A stretch of DNA of 63,997 nucleotides, filler included, from Vezdaea acicularis (taxonomy: Eukaryota): assembly GCA_026025075.1 (NCBI GenBank). It is 3 parts of 3 records of this genome, joined end to end, with 100 filler letters (N's around TTAATTAATTAA, not from the genome) between each part and the next. Parts side by side here need not be neighbours in the genome. Positions count along the whole stretch, not along the records: positions 28,866 to 57,405 come from JAPEUI010000171.1; 2 more parts are not named here. One strand, given 5' to 3'. The notes beneath the pieces were generated by a model, which did no database searches, was not told where the DNA came from, and worked only from the letters and a program-made list of their open reading frames with translations. A program made the position numbers and the translations under genes. Shown here in pieces: positions 37,435 to 49,944 of this stretch (its first letter is position 1; every line of letters starts with the position of its first letter).

Positions 37435-39830
37435 ATGGATGCCTTCATGGAAGGGGACCCCCCTCAGTCGATGAGCCTTGCGCAACGACGACAATCGTGG
37501 CTAGCACTGGAGGAAGGCGAAGATGATGCTCGCTCAACGGCTTCAAGTCCTCTCAAACTCGCCTCCCCAATATCGCGGAGAGCGCGGAGGTTAGATTCGA
37601 TACCTCATTCACACCCACGACCTCTACCGACTCCAAATAGACCCTCTGGATCCCCGATACAATCCGCACTACTGCCTTCAGCACCTGCCTCGCCACCAAC
37701 ACCTGCACCAAGTCCTACTCCTCAGCACCGAGCCCCCAGTTGGAACAATGCAGGGGAGAACGAAGATGCATATCTACGAGATGCTAGGACTCGGTTCAGT
37801 CGATTAGATGGTTCAGAGAGGCAAAGATTTCTTGCCGAAATTTTGAACCTCTGTGATATGCAGCAACTGAGCTTCGTTCAACATTTCGTTAGCCCCCGGT
37901 TAAAGAAGGATCCTTTCCGTAGCCTCCCAACTGAATTATGCCTTAAGGTAAGGTTCCCCCCCCCTTAAAGGGCCATTGACTCTTTGATGCCTGAAAAATA
38001 CGAGTCCTTAGCTAAGCGACGCCAATCAGGTCCTAAGCTACATCGATGACCCCCGCACTCTTGCACGGGCTTCTCAGGTCTCCAAACTCTGGTACAATCT
38101 ATTAATTGACGACGCCGTCTGGAAGAAGCTTTGCGAACAACACTCCTATCGTCGACTATCTAACTACGCTCCTGAGAGATACAACGTACTGGAAAGTATT
38201 CCCTTCACGGTCTTCAACTCGAGAGAACCAACCGCTCTTCCAAGCGTCCGCCCCGCTCAGGCGTCAAAGTTCCTCACGAAAGGAATCATAGCTGGCCCAT
38301 CCGCCAGCGAGCCAGATTTGAGGACCCGCAATATTGAAAGCGTGACACGACCCAAATCTACTTACGAAAAGCAAACTCAGGTGATGACATACAAGTCTCA
38401 CTTCAAACAACGCTATATGGTTGAGACAGCATGGAAACGGGGTGGGGCGTTTGTCTGCAAGCACATACATCCCGATCAGGGCGTCGTAACCAGCCTGCAT
38501 CTTACACCTAAATATATCGTCGTGGCACTGGATAACGCTAGGATACATGTTTTCACAGCTGATGGAGAGTTTCACAAGACTCTCACAGGCCATGTGATGG
38601 GCGTATGGGCGATGGTGCCTTGGGGTGACACGCTTGTTAGTGGAGGATGTGATAGAGATGTGCGGGTTTGGAATATGGCTACAGGGTATGTGGTTACAAA
38701 AATTCTCGGAACTGCGCATCTTATTGTAAATGGACGTCTAACTTTCGATTCTAGTGAGATCGTTCACATCCTTCGGGGCCACACCTCAACGGTTCGGTGT
38801 CTTAAAATGTCCAACTCGGACACGGCAATCTCTGGCTCGCGTGACACCACTTTAAGAATATGGGACATTCGAAACGGCATCTGCAAGAACGTCCTCGTTG
38901 GCCATCAATCGAGCGTCCGATGTCTTGAGATACATGGCGATATCGTTGTCTCAGGTAGCTACGATACCACAGCAAAAGTGTGGAGTATATCAGAAGGTCG
39001 CTGTCTTCGCACTCTCACTGGCCATTTCAGTCAAATATATGCAATTGCCTTTGATGGAGTAAGGATAGCAACAGGAAGTCTCGACACTAGCGTCCGAATC
39101 TGGGATCCAAACACTGGGTATGAAGATCGATATTCTGACGGTGAAAGAGTTTAAGCTAACCCCTTCTGCAGAGACTGTCAAGCCATATTACAAGGGCACA
39201 CATCTCTGGTTGGCCAATTACAGATGCGTGGTGACACTCTCGTCACTGGCGGATCCGATGGCTCAGTTCGCGTTTGGTCTCTAACGTTAAATGGTGCCAT
39301 TCACCGACTTGCTGCTCATGATAACAGTGTCACCAGCTTACAATTTGATGACACACGAATTGTGAGTGGTGGTAGCGACGGGCGTGTTAAGGTCTGGGAC
39401 CTTGAGTCGGGTACCTTGGTCAGAGAGCTTGGCTCGCCTGCGGAAGCAGTGTGGCGTGTGGCTTTCGAAGAGGAAAAAGCAGTGATAATGGCAAGCCGGG
39501 CAAATCGCACGATCATGGAGGTATGCTTGGTTCTTTTGACCTTGCTTAATAGAAACAATCGACTAATATTCCCAGGTCTGGCGGTTTTCACCTCCTGATG
39601 AGGCGCTTGCATCTCATTACCGTGCAGAAAGCCCATCAAGCAACCCCGATGAGATCATGGCACGGGTTCGGGCTTCGGAAAGCCCTGAACGTATAGATAC
39701 GCAAATGGAAGACGCTCCACCCAACATGGAGGCGGACGCCGAGTATTTTGGAAAGAAAGGGGACCCGGGCCAGAAAGGTGGTCCGCACAAACCTCCTTCG
39801 GCAGAAGGTTCAGCCGATAGCGCAACATAG
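37435..39830 (+). CDS. F-box / WD40 repeat SCF substrate adaptor (Cdc4/Fbw7-like family); 5 exons
   Basis: Dimerisation-like helix (FLAEILNLC), F-box (LPTELCLKVLSYIDD) and about 7 WD40 repeats (GH...SGSRDTTLRIWD etc.). Introns near 37948, 38686, 39118 and 39521. Start codon uncertain. Confidence 0.9.
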
Positions 39831-40283
39831 AATCATTGACTGATTTTCTTCTTGCGGTGTCCTAGTAACGAAAGCATTTACGGCTAGCAAATAAGCCTTT
39901 TGCAAAGGCTTGAAGCATGATCTGTGGAGAAATATCCTTTCCTCATGTTTAGCGGCAACGACATCCATAATAGGGCGTTTTTTTTTTTTTGCAAACGTGG
40001 GCTGGATGGAGGGGGGCATGTCATAATTTGTGGCCTCGAAAGGCGATTCTGTATCAAGGAATTGGGAGGCTTCTTGCGGTTGCGCAAATTTTCGCGTATA
40101 ATAGACATCAAGGATATATCTTCTTGTTTATGGAGCAGAACCAAAATTATCTCTGGCTACACCCGCAGACTACAAATCCACTAATCCACTAATCATCTGC
40201 TTTTCTGCCCTGATAAAAGATAGCGACGAACAGTTTCCAACCTCCCCCTTCGACCCCTTTGTTACCGGATCATTCGCCGAGGT

Positions 40284-40489
40284 CTACCTGCTTGTTCCAC
40301 TACCGTCTCTCGATCTCTCACAGAGGCTGTCCTCATCGTGGCCGCAATTGGGGCAGGCCGAGTGCACCCCACAAATATAGGGGCCTCCCCCGCACTGGCA
40401 CTGAGGGCGTGTTAGCTGGATACATGTTGCGTTAATCGTGAATATGAGTAGCATACGCAATGCCAATAGGTCGTTTCTTCTGGATCCAT
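40284..40489 (-). CDS. 49-aa Cys/His-rich putative zinc-ribbon microprotein; exons 40489-40457 and 40400-40284
   Basis: MDPEETTYWHC|CQCGGGPYICGVHSACPNCGHDEDSLCERSRDGSGTSR. The 56-nt phase-0 intron has GTATGC donor, GCTAAC branch site and CAG acceptor. CAA-rich leader and GTCATGG start context. Confidence 0.78.
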
Positions 40490-41933
40490 GACTGTTGACT
40501 TATTGTTGAATGTTGAATGTTGATTTATTTATCTAGGTGTTTACTACAGCATACGATCTGGCGGAGCTAAGGAAAGATCGTTAGTACAGCGCGAGTACTT
40601 GCACAAATCAGCCTTCATAAGATTGAGCTGTTCATCTCGTTTCGTTCGCCTCGAAAAGCTTGTCCTTGATAACCTGTTTGCGCGCTCTTTTGGTTGAACA
40701 AGGCTGCCAATGAGGAGAACCCCATGAGCATGCCACTCCTGCAAGGCTGTTTGATGGCGCGGCCCCGACCCAGCATTGCATCCCTGCTTGGGCCCGCTGC
40801 GCCTCTTTGGAATCGACCGTCGTGTGCCATCCCTTCGACCATCACCATAGCATGGCGAACTCTCGGGATCTGCCGTATCACCTTCTTTCAGCACATCTCA
40901 TTCGCGGGGAAAGGCTTCCGTAATCTGCTGCAGTCATCAATTCTTTCCTCGACATGGTGCACGCTTGCCCGGTCCCCGTCTACTGTAGCCTTCTCAACTG
41001 GTAAGTCTCTTGGGATATGCCAGCCTTGTGCCCCAACTAACTTAAACCTTGCAGCCGAGCACTCTGCAGCATCCTCCACGGCTAATTCATGCCCTATATG
41101 AGGCGGGCTTGTATGGACCGGACCGTACTGCCGTTTCGGTCAGGAGAGCAACCGCTGGGGGCTAATACTTTTAAGCAGAGAACAAGGGCAATCAAACAGC
41201 CTCAACTTTAGAGTTACGGTCCTTAACGGCCCTCTTTGACTCTACGTAGAGCGATGCTGGTAGCAGGCAATCGAGACTACGGGCAATAAATGAACGTTTA
41301 CCCCGGCTGTGGGGGAGTGTTAACCCCTCTTTGCTGATCACTATCATTGCGACCACCACCGCTCAACTGCGGTCCGTCCTACAACGATCGACATCAAGTT
41401 GCATAGCCTGGGAACCATCCCGCCAATTGACGAGCAGCGGGGCCAACGCCAGAAAACGCCGGTTGGTGGCAGCCTGCAGTCCACGCAACAGCTATACCTG
41501 GGAGCTGCTCTACGACCTACTTATCTAAGTAGCGGTTGTGCCGGTCTCAGGGTCATTCCTTGCCAGGACTTGCGATGGCCATTCGTGGCAGTTGATTTTA
41601 TCGCGCATTCAGTACATATTGATATTTGTCCATTTTCTGCTGGATACACAAGGCTAGGAGGTAACCCGTTGCCTAACATAAAAGAAGCCGAACTAGTTTA
41701 TTCGAGTCCGACTGCTTTCTGGATCGTTTCAAATTTGACGGCCTCGAAAGAATCCGTTCTTATCCTAAGGCATCCTGCAGACCCCACCTGTGGAAAACAC
41801 CAACCAAAAGAACAACAGTTGTTGGAAAAAGCCTTGGCTCCATAGCACTGCAGCTCACCGCAGATTGAACAGCAACAGCTACTGTGCCTCAAAACTGCCT
41901 TGATAACCTGACCCTTGACGGATCTGGAACAAG

Positions 41934-44900
41934 ATGAGTTTTAATTGGGGGATAGGGGACCTTCTGAGTGTTACTCAGTTGGCATGGAATCTCTATCACA
42001 ACTGCTACCTCGTAGCGAAGGAGGCACCGGATGAGTTCAGACAACTGGTCAACGAGTTAGCGTCTTTGCAGGGAGTCCTTCGAACTCTGCGTGATGATAT
42101 CAATAGCGATACGAAGTATCTAGAGAAACTGGGTGAACAGCGCAAAGAAACTCTAGAGCGATGTCTTCGTAACTGCTACGAAACGCTGAAACGTCTGGAG
42201 CAACTCGTGACGAAATATCGCGAGCTCGGAATCAGGGGTGGAGTGCAGTTCTGGCGTAAGATAAGTGAGTTCTCAAAAGACAATCTAGTCGTGCATAAAT
42301 CTCATACTGCACTAGAGTGGGTGACGCAGCAAGGAGATATATCTACCTTACGGTCGAAGATCATGGTGCATCAATGCAACCTCTCCCTTTGCATGTCCTC
42401 CATTGGCAAGTATGTTGGATTCGCCCCCAACTTCAGATGTAAACCTATTATATGCTCACTCTTCACAGTTCAAGTCTCTGGAGATTAGAGAGCACGATGG
42501 CAGAAGCTCTCAACAAACAACCAGATGAAAGAGGGTCCGAGTTAACGAAAACTCTTCTTGAGGACTCAACTCTGCTCGAAGGGTCACAAATGCCGTCAGA
42601 CGATGCCATGCTTCGTACACAAAGCCAGTCCAGCGATTCAATCGACTCGCCATTGGAAAGGACCCTAAATAGGAGATTCACTGACGTTACACTGGTTCAT
42701 CCTGCCTCGCCTGAGTCAACCCCGACTCCCTCTTTCTCAGAAGAGGGCTCTGACTGCGGCGAGATGAGTAGTTTGACCCGTCATAGGTCTCATACACAGG
42801 GAAGAGCTCAAAGAACTGATTCAGTGCCAGTGGTCAGACCTAAAGACTTTCCACCGAGCCCAAGAAACTCTGTTGACGAGCTACCTGAGCATAAGAGGAG
42901 ACCTTCGACAGTTGCACCTGCAGATGCATTTATGAAAGATAAGTCAATCGCCCCAGACGTGGTTGAGGCGGTGGCGGGAGCAATGAAGGAACTCCTAAAG
43001 GCAAGTGCTGATTTTCATTGAAGCATCAACGCTAGTTTTATTGGAGGCTCAGCGGCCGTCCTCGAGCAGCAGTCATTAAACAGAGCTACTTCGATGCCTA
43101 CTTTCTGCCATATTATACCGCACATTGTGACTGCTATCTAACGATATCGCAGATAAGGAGGCAAGAGCAGACAATGAGGCCTCTGAGAGTAGCACCCCAG
43201 GATGAGATCCATCGACCAGATGATGAGCTAAAGGCGAAGTTTCAAGACCTCGCAAATGACGAACTGAAAATACGACGGCTGAATGTTCGGGATTGGCTCA
43301 GGGTTGCGACGTGGTGGCTACTAAAAGCGAGATCGACTTTGAGACTTTATCAGATCCCCTCGATCACGAATGCACGCGGAAGTTTTAGCAATTCCGGTGA
43401 TTCTAGAGCTCCATCCAACCAAGCCTATGTCGACCTTCTAAAAGCTAGCTGGATCTTGTACGATGTCGTGCTCAAAGATGATAATTTGACACCACTGCTG
43501 GTGAATGAAAACCGCCAACTCTTTTACAAGTAACTCTATTGTTCCCTTAGTTTGGAATCACTTTGCTAATCTCTCGGTGTAGTCTCCAGGATGCAATTAG
43601 TGAGGATTGTGGAATGTTCAAAGAAGTGGACATACCTGAGCGACAAACACTACGCTTACAGAACCTTAACATCTGGGAATTGCAGCAGCCTGAAGAAGAG
43701 AACTTCGAGGATATTGACATGATTCCTGGCCTCGAGAATGGGCGCTGGATAACCGTTGAACAAGACCATGCCGGCGAGGAAGACGAGGAAGTTCTGTTCA
43801 GGACGTTCGTAAACGCGGAGATTGGCACTAGGCGCCTGCGAATGAAATCTAGAGGAGCCCCATACATGGTAAGCAATCGCGGATACTCGTTAAGTGCACA
43901 AAGCTAATCGTTCTTCAGCTGGTGCTGTCCACAAAAGAGGGTGAGAGTGAACCCAAAATTACGATTTGCAATCAGAGCGGATCCTTCTGTCTTACCAGGG
44001 ACTATACTATAGAAGACGTAGTCGAACCTGAAGATCTAGAGCCGCCCATCAGCCCTGTCGCACAGAGCGGCATGTCTACAGAGTCTTCCGCTTCAATTCC
44101 TCTGCATTTTGGAAAATTGAAGGTCTTTGTCTCGTTTCAAAGCAGGGATCTTATCGCCTTCCAAGCTCGACCTATAGCCTACTTTAAAGCCGTGAAAGAT
44201 CGAGACTTGAAGCATTACAAAGACGCATCGGAGAAACTTCTCTTCAGATGGTGAGCATCCCGTTGTTTTGTTAATTCGTACAAGTCTTGCGCTAACATTG
44301 GATGCCTTGCAGCTCTGTTGAAAGGTTTGAAATGCTGAAGCCAGCAACAATGACGCCCACACACCCTCGAGATGCGGCAGGTAAATCACCCAATTTTCAT
44401 TTGCTCGGTCGGAGAGGGGTTTGAAGCAGCAGTACTGACGTGACCGCTGTACAGCCAGCTGCGATCTTAGGATAATAGAGATAGTCAAGAGCGAGGGATG
44501 GAGGTCCACCCGACGCCTGGTGCTCAGTTCTAGCGTCGGAGAAAAACATCCCTGGTGCAAATCTCGATTTCTGCCTCTAAGCCGAGTTCAAATCAAGCGT
44601 GACGAAGACTCTCGACAGATCACTGTCAAATGGAGTGATTGTTGTCACGAAGTCATCACAACCGACGGCGCTTACAACAAGGTGTATACCTACACATATG
44701 ATGAGAACAACCCCAATCTCGCGATGCAGCTTGACTTCCGCACTCAAGCGGACGCTTCCGATTTCGAGAAAGCTGTCCTATCATTGTCCCAAGAGCCCCA
44801 TTTCGATTGGTCCTGCGGCCCAGATTACCACGCTCTCTACGACATCTCGGACGCCGAGCCCAACCCAAAGGACTACAAAGCAATCATCCGCACTCACTCG

Positions 44901-45770
44901 CACCTGAAATGGAAGTACTCAGAGCTCTATTATTTCTACCGGGACATCGACTTCCAATTTAATCGCGACAAGACCCAAGTCCGCTTCCCCGGCATCTACA
45001 GCATAACCTACCTATCCAACCACGTCGAAATCCTCTCGAAACCCGACCCCCGCTCGCCCCCTCGCTTCTCGCACTGCCAAAAGAAGATCTGCAACGTCGT
45101 CCTCGACTTCCCCTCCGAGCCCACCTACCACGCCTTCATGTCCTCCCTGACAAACGGCTACTCCCTCCTCTTCTCCCGCCGCGTCCACTGGATCGCCCAT
45201 AAACCGCCCTCGCGCTTCCACCTCACCAAGAAAGCCGCGCCCTCCAGCAAAGGCGCCGCGGACCTGCTCCTCTGGCGTAAAAGCCGCGATACCTTCCGCC
45301 TCTCCTTCCGATGGGACGATCGCGTCGATGATAAGTGGCTCTCGCTGACGGTGCCGCGTAGCGGTGTCGATACGCTCACGCATTCCGGCGACTCGAATCG
45401 GGCGAGTATTCCTAGCTGCCATATGGAGCGGGGTAGGTCCCTTAATATGTCCCAGATTGTGGGTTGTAACCCGAAAGACATCGCCAAGGAACGCACCGTC
45501 GCACCGCTTATTATAGCTTTTGAGAGCGTGAGAGGTGAGTTTCGCCCCCCCTTTACCCTCTTTCTCCCCCTTTTTCCTCCTTGCGAGGCGGAGGTTTTGG
45601 TTTGTAGTTCATTACACTCGAAATGGCGAGCTCATGACTGATGTATGCTGCTTATTCACACAGATAGAGAAGACTTCGCGCACGCGATCAGCGGTGCGGA
45701 TGGCGCGCGGAAGGATGACGTCCATGTGCTGCTAGAGCGCGTGGAGAAGTTCAGGGGCGCGTCCCCTTGA
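41934..45770 (+). CDS. About 1068-aa protein with N-terminal HeLo-like/SesA-type (fungal STAND N-terminal) helical domain and uncharacterised C-terminal domains; 9 exons
   Basis: MSFNWGIGDLLSVTQLAW...APDEFRQLVNELASLQGVL...L..LRSKI pattern. Exons 41934-42264, 42316-42409, 42469-43000, 43153-43529, 43583-43868, 43919-44250, 44313-44380, 44455-45534 and 45664-45770 sum to 3207 nt in frame. Includes a GC-AG intron. Confidence 0.8.
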
Positions 45771-45963
45771 TGCGCTTTTCTGTCCATCTCCCCCCTCCCT
45801 TTTATTGCTTTTTCTTTCTTTTTGTTTTGTGGTTGAAGGGTATGACGGCGTTCTTTCTTGCACCTGTTTTTCGGAGGACGGTGTGGGTATGTGGGGGTTT
45901 GGTTCTCGTTTGGTCGTGGGTACACTGGTGCGGCGTGGTGTGTATGAGTAGCTACGTGTTTAT

Positions 45964-46030
45964 TTGTCTATCTGTCTATCTGTTTACCTATCTATCTACC
46001 TACCTACCTTCCTTCCTACCTATCTACCCC
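45964..46030. repeat. Compound tetranucleotide microsatellite (TATC/CTAC/CTTC)
   Basis: gtctatctgtctatctg...ctatctatctacctacctaccttccttcctacctatctacc. Confidence 0.75.
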
Positions 46031-49000
46031 TCTTAACTCAAAAGAAGCCCTTATACAGAACCGTAGTCCTTCTTCTTCACGAACCGCTCCCCCCAACTCC
46101 GGGGGGCAAGCCACCGTTCCATCAGGGAGGGCGGAGCATAGCATAGCACGAGCTACGCATAACCAACGCAACATCTACCAGACTCGCGACAGAAGGGTCC
46201 GTAAGGCTCACATACAAGTGTTAGGGCGTCATAGAGTTCTAGGGCTCTAGAATGTGTTCAAACTATGCTTATCAGTTTACACAGGAGTCCTCGCTAACCT
46301 CGCACTCATCAAATCCCACTACCATCCACTATTCTCATGCATGACATTATCATCTCGATGGGTACAGTACATGTACCTACCGCAGCAGCAGCTACAACCC
46401 TGTCCTCCACGTATCATCAAGGACCACTAGCAAAAAATACGACATATAGTCGTAGGGGCGGTTCAGTCAGGTTGAACCCGCGTGCGTATCGAAACAGGGT
46501 TAAATTTTTGGCTGGGACGAGTGAGATCTGCATATGAAAAAAAAGATCCTGGGCGCCTCGTGGCATTTGCCGAGGCCGAGATGTTGGTGATGACGATAGG
46601 GTGCCGGTAATGTTTTCTTCGGAGATGGGTGCGCTTTGCGGCAAGCAAGGGGGATTGGCAGACTAGCGTTTGTCCTGGCAGATAGTGAAAGTTGTTCACC
46701 TCAAAATTTTCTAGGGAGGGGAAAAGGGTGTAGCGGATCTCCGTCCAAGTTCCTGGCATGAGGTTAACACCCACGTTTTTTCTGGGAGGGGGTGCCGATC
46801 ATCAAAAGACGGGCTGGAGGCTTCGAGATGCAAAAAATTGCTGATCCTTATCCACATGAAACTAGGCTCTGTCGGAATTCTCCTTCACTCATAAGGCCTT
46901 ATTTGGGCCAACGGAGTTCCCGACGGACAGAAAAATTCTACTTGCACACACTTTGCCGTCTTGAAAAATGCGGCATCGGCTTGTCTCCGAACGCCAAGCG
47001 AGCCGAGGGTTGTGTGATGGTGGGGAAGATAGTAATGGAAAATGCCGTCACCGCATCTTTTTCATCTTTGTGAAACACTCTTCTCCTCCAAATTCTTCAG
47101 CAGCAGCGGCGGAGATGCAATCGGCTTTGCGCCGCCTCTTCGCTTCAAAGGGTGATGTTCATTGGCTCATGCAGGAGTAAATCTTGACCCATGGCCCACC
47201 TATGATGCGCTTCTTGAAGAACGTGGCGGACTATCGGAGTTGCCCTCCCTTGTACCAGGCGGGTAAAAGTGAAAATAAGGTTGACTCGTGTGCGATGTCG
47301 CAAGGAGCAGGCCATGCTGCTCTTGGCTTCAGAGGCTGACTGGGCGCCAAGTAGATAGACTTTCGTTGCTTTTCCTCCGATAGAGTTGACGACGCTCGCT
47401 TGCGTCAGAGGTCTGAGTCGGCCAAAAAGTCTGGTAAATAATGCGTTATCCCGTGCATAAGATACTCTCATTGGCCCCGAGGTGGGCAATTAGGCTTGCT
47501 GATTCCGCTTCCAACCGTGGACCCTTTTGCATGCATCTTTTCTAGATAGCGGACCGGCTCTACGCCATGGCGTGTTGACGTGCGGCAGCATCATGGCCCA
47601 AACGCATGTGCATTCGATATATTTCGATACAGTCTGACTTGAACGGAATGTTGCCAGCCTGCCGGACCACGTCTCAGCCCCTCAGGAGGCTGTCCTGAAA
47701 TGATCTCGAGGCTAAAATAAAGCGAGCAATCGAATCTGGTAGCCGGGACTGAGGCCCGTTCTGGACAGGACGCGTCCGGTCAAGAGGGTGTGGTAGGCGA
47801 GACGAGGATGACGATCCTTCTTCATGCTCGCGGCCCCAAATGATCTCAAGCGGCAGAACGAATTGCACCAATCCAACTCGACTCTGATCTTGGAGGGTGC
47901 CAGACTCGAGACCACGAGACGGTTGGCGTCCCACGCCAATCGTTGCGCCATGGGCCTTGGCCCTTTGCGGTCGAAGGATTCATCGATGGCGACAGTTGAT
48001 GTGGAGATGGAAGGGAGCTATCCCCATATATCTTGGCCCAATGGTCAGGCGACGAAGGGAAGGGGACGAGAGATGGATGATTCAATAAGGCTAATAGCAA
48101 AAGAGGCACGGGGTACAATACCGGTCGGGCACCGTCATTCCATCGTTGATAGCGTTGATAGAGTTGAAAAATAGCAATGTTTGGTGACGGAAGGCATTTC
48201 GACGGTTGATGTTGGATGGAGGCCCCACGCCAAGGCTGGAGTTTGCATTATGTGCAAAGCGGACACTGCGTGACCTTCGCCTTACCCTAACCCTGCCTCT
48301 CCAGTGCTGCTGCTGCGGCTGCGGCTTCTTCCAACCTGCACACGGCGACGTTGAGCCATCAGCCAGGACGAGGAGCTAAAGCCGCCCCACATGAATCGGT
48401 CAATTATCAGCTGTGTCAAGAGGCGTCATGCTCTCATTCGCTGCTATTTATCCACCTATTTTGCCTGGAGCGGCCAATTCGCCGGAACATAGCGATTGGT
48501 TGGCTGCCCCAGCACCAGCGAAGCACCATCGACGCCGGCGATGGGCTGGCCGGCAGGGGCTGTTGACGGCCGACTGCCGCAGGCACCCGCTCTCTCACTC
48601 CTGGGAGCCCCTCCGACGTTGCTTTTCTTCAGCTGCTCACTGGCTGCCGTCTGACTTGGGACGCCACCTCCACGATCCACGCATCCTGGCCGATCTCAAG
48701 TACGAATCAGCGCCCTCGAACAGCGCCAGGCGATCTGAATCGCGACCTCGAGATGCGACATCGTCCTTCCTCGAGCAGAAAGACATACTTGGGTACGATG
48801 CGGAGGGGAAACGCTGGCAGGCTCGTGCAAGAAAACGTCAAGTCGCGTCTGAAGGTTTGGGGCAGCGGATGCACCGTTCATCCGCTACCTGAAGAAGCCA
48901 TGGCCAGGGATGGTCTTTGCTCTCCCGGGGCCGCACACGCTCGACCTTGTGGGGGACCCTGGCACGGCGGTGCTTTGGGCAGGATGAAATCCCCCGCCAG

Positions 49001-49944
49001 AATCCAGGGTCAGCCCAATCGCCATCACGATGGATCCTGTCGATCATGGCTCATGGGCCATGCTCGGCCGCCCAGTGCTCGAGCGGCTGCGTAACGCAAC
49101 GTCAATCGCTGGATGAACGCTGCGCTAGATAGAGCCCCGGCGAAAACTGCTTGCTCAGTGCCACTGACGAAGGAGAAAGGCAAAGCTACAAGCATCTCGA
49201 CCGGCATTAGATGACAATGACGCCGACAAGAGCTTGTTCGTCGCATGAGGGAGAGCCACAAAACAGCTGGATGGCCCCCCTCCTTCGTCAGCCATAGTAG
49301 TCTATTCATTTCATATCCTTCGTGCATCAAACATCGTCCAGTTACCCGTCAAACAGCCTCTGCCCGACTAACCAGCCGTGTCTGCATCAAGAGGTCCGGA
49401 AGTACCGTACCAATACCGGTCTTCGAGAAAGAAAAAGCCAACGAGCAATACCGCACCCTGCCAACCCCACCAGGGCTGGCCGACATACCGCGAAAACTCA
49501 ATTCGAGGGAAGGTCCTCCAATAGCCTCGCGAACGCTTGGAGCATCTCCCTGGCCCGTGGTTCGTACGAGATAGAGAAAGAGATAGAGAAAGAGGGAGAG
49601 ATAGAGGAAGAATTTGTCGCACAACGGCACCTGCGATCCCGTCGCCGCCCTGAGCCCCGCCAACGCCATCTACTCGAGACAGTTACTCGAGACACCCGAC
49701 AACCCTCTCCGCTTCCCGTGGGCAGTCACGGCAGTCGTTGCGCTCCACACAAGCGCCATCGTCTCCTACCCGCCCCATCGCATCCTGCAGCCCGCCATCG
49801 TGCTCCGGGCTTCCTCTGGTGGCGGCCACTGCCCCGTTTTCCCATTTAACTGTGCATCTCGTCTGTCGGAGCACAAAGGGCCCTCCGACGGACTAAATGT
49901 CTGCCGACTGCACTTAGGCTCCTCTGGTGATTCCTTTGCAGTCC

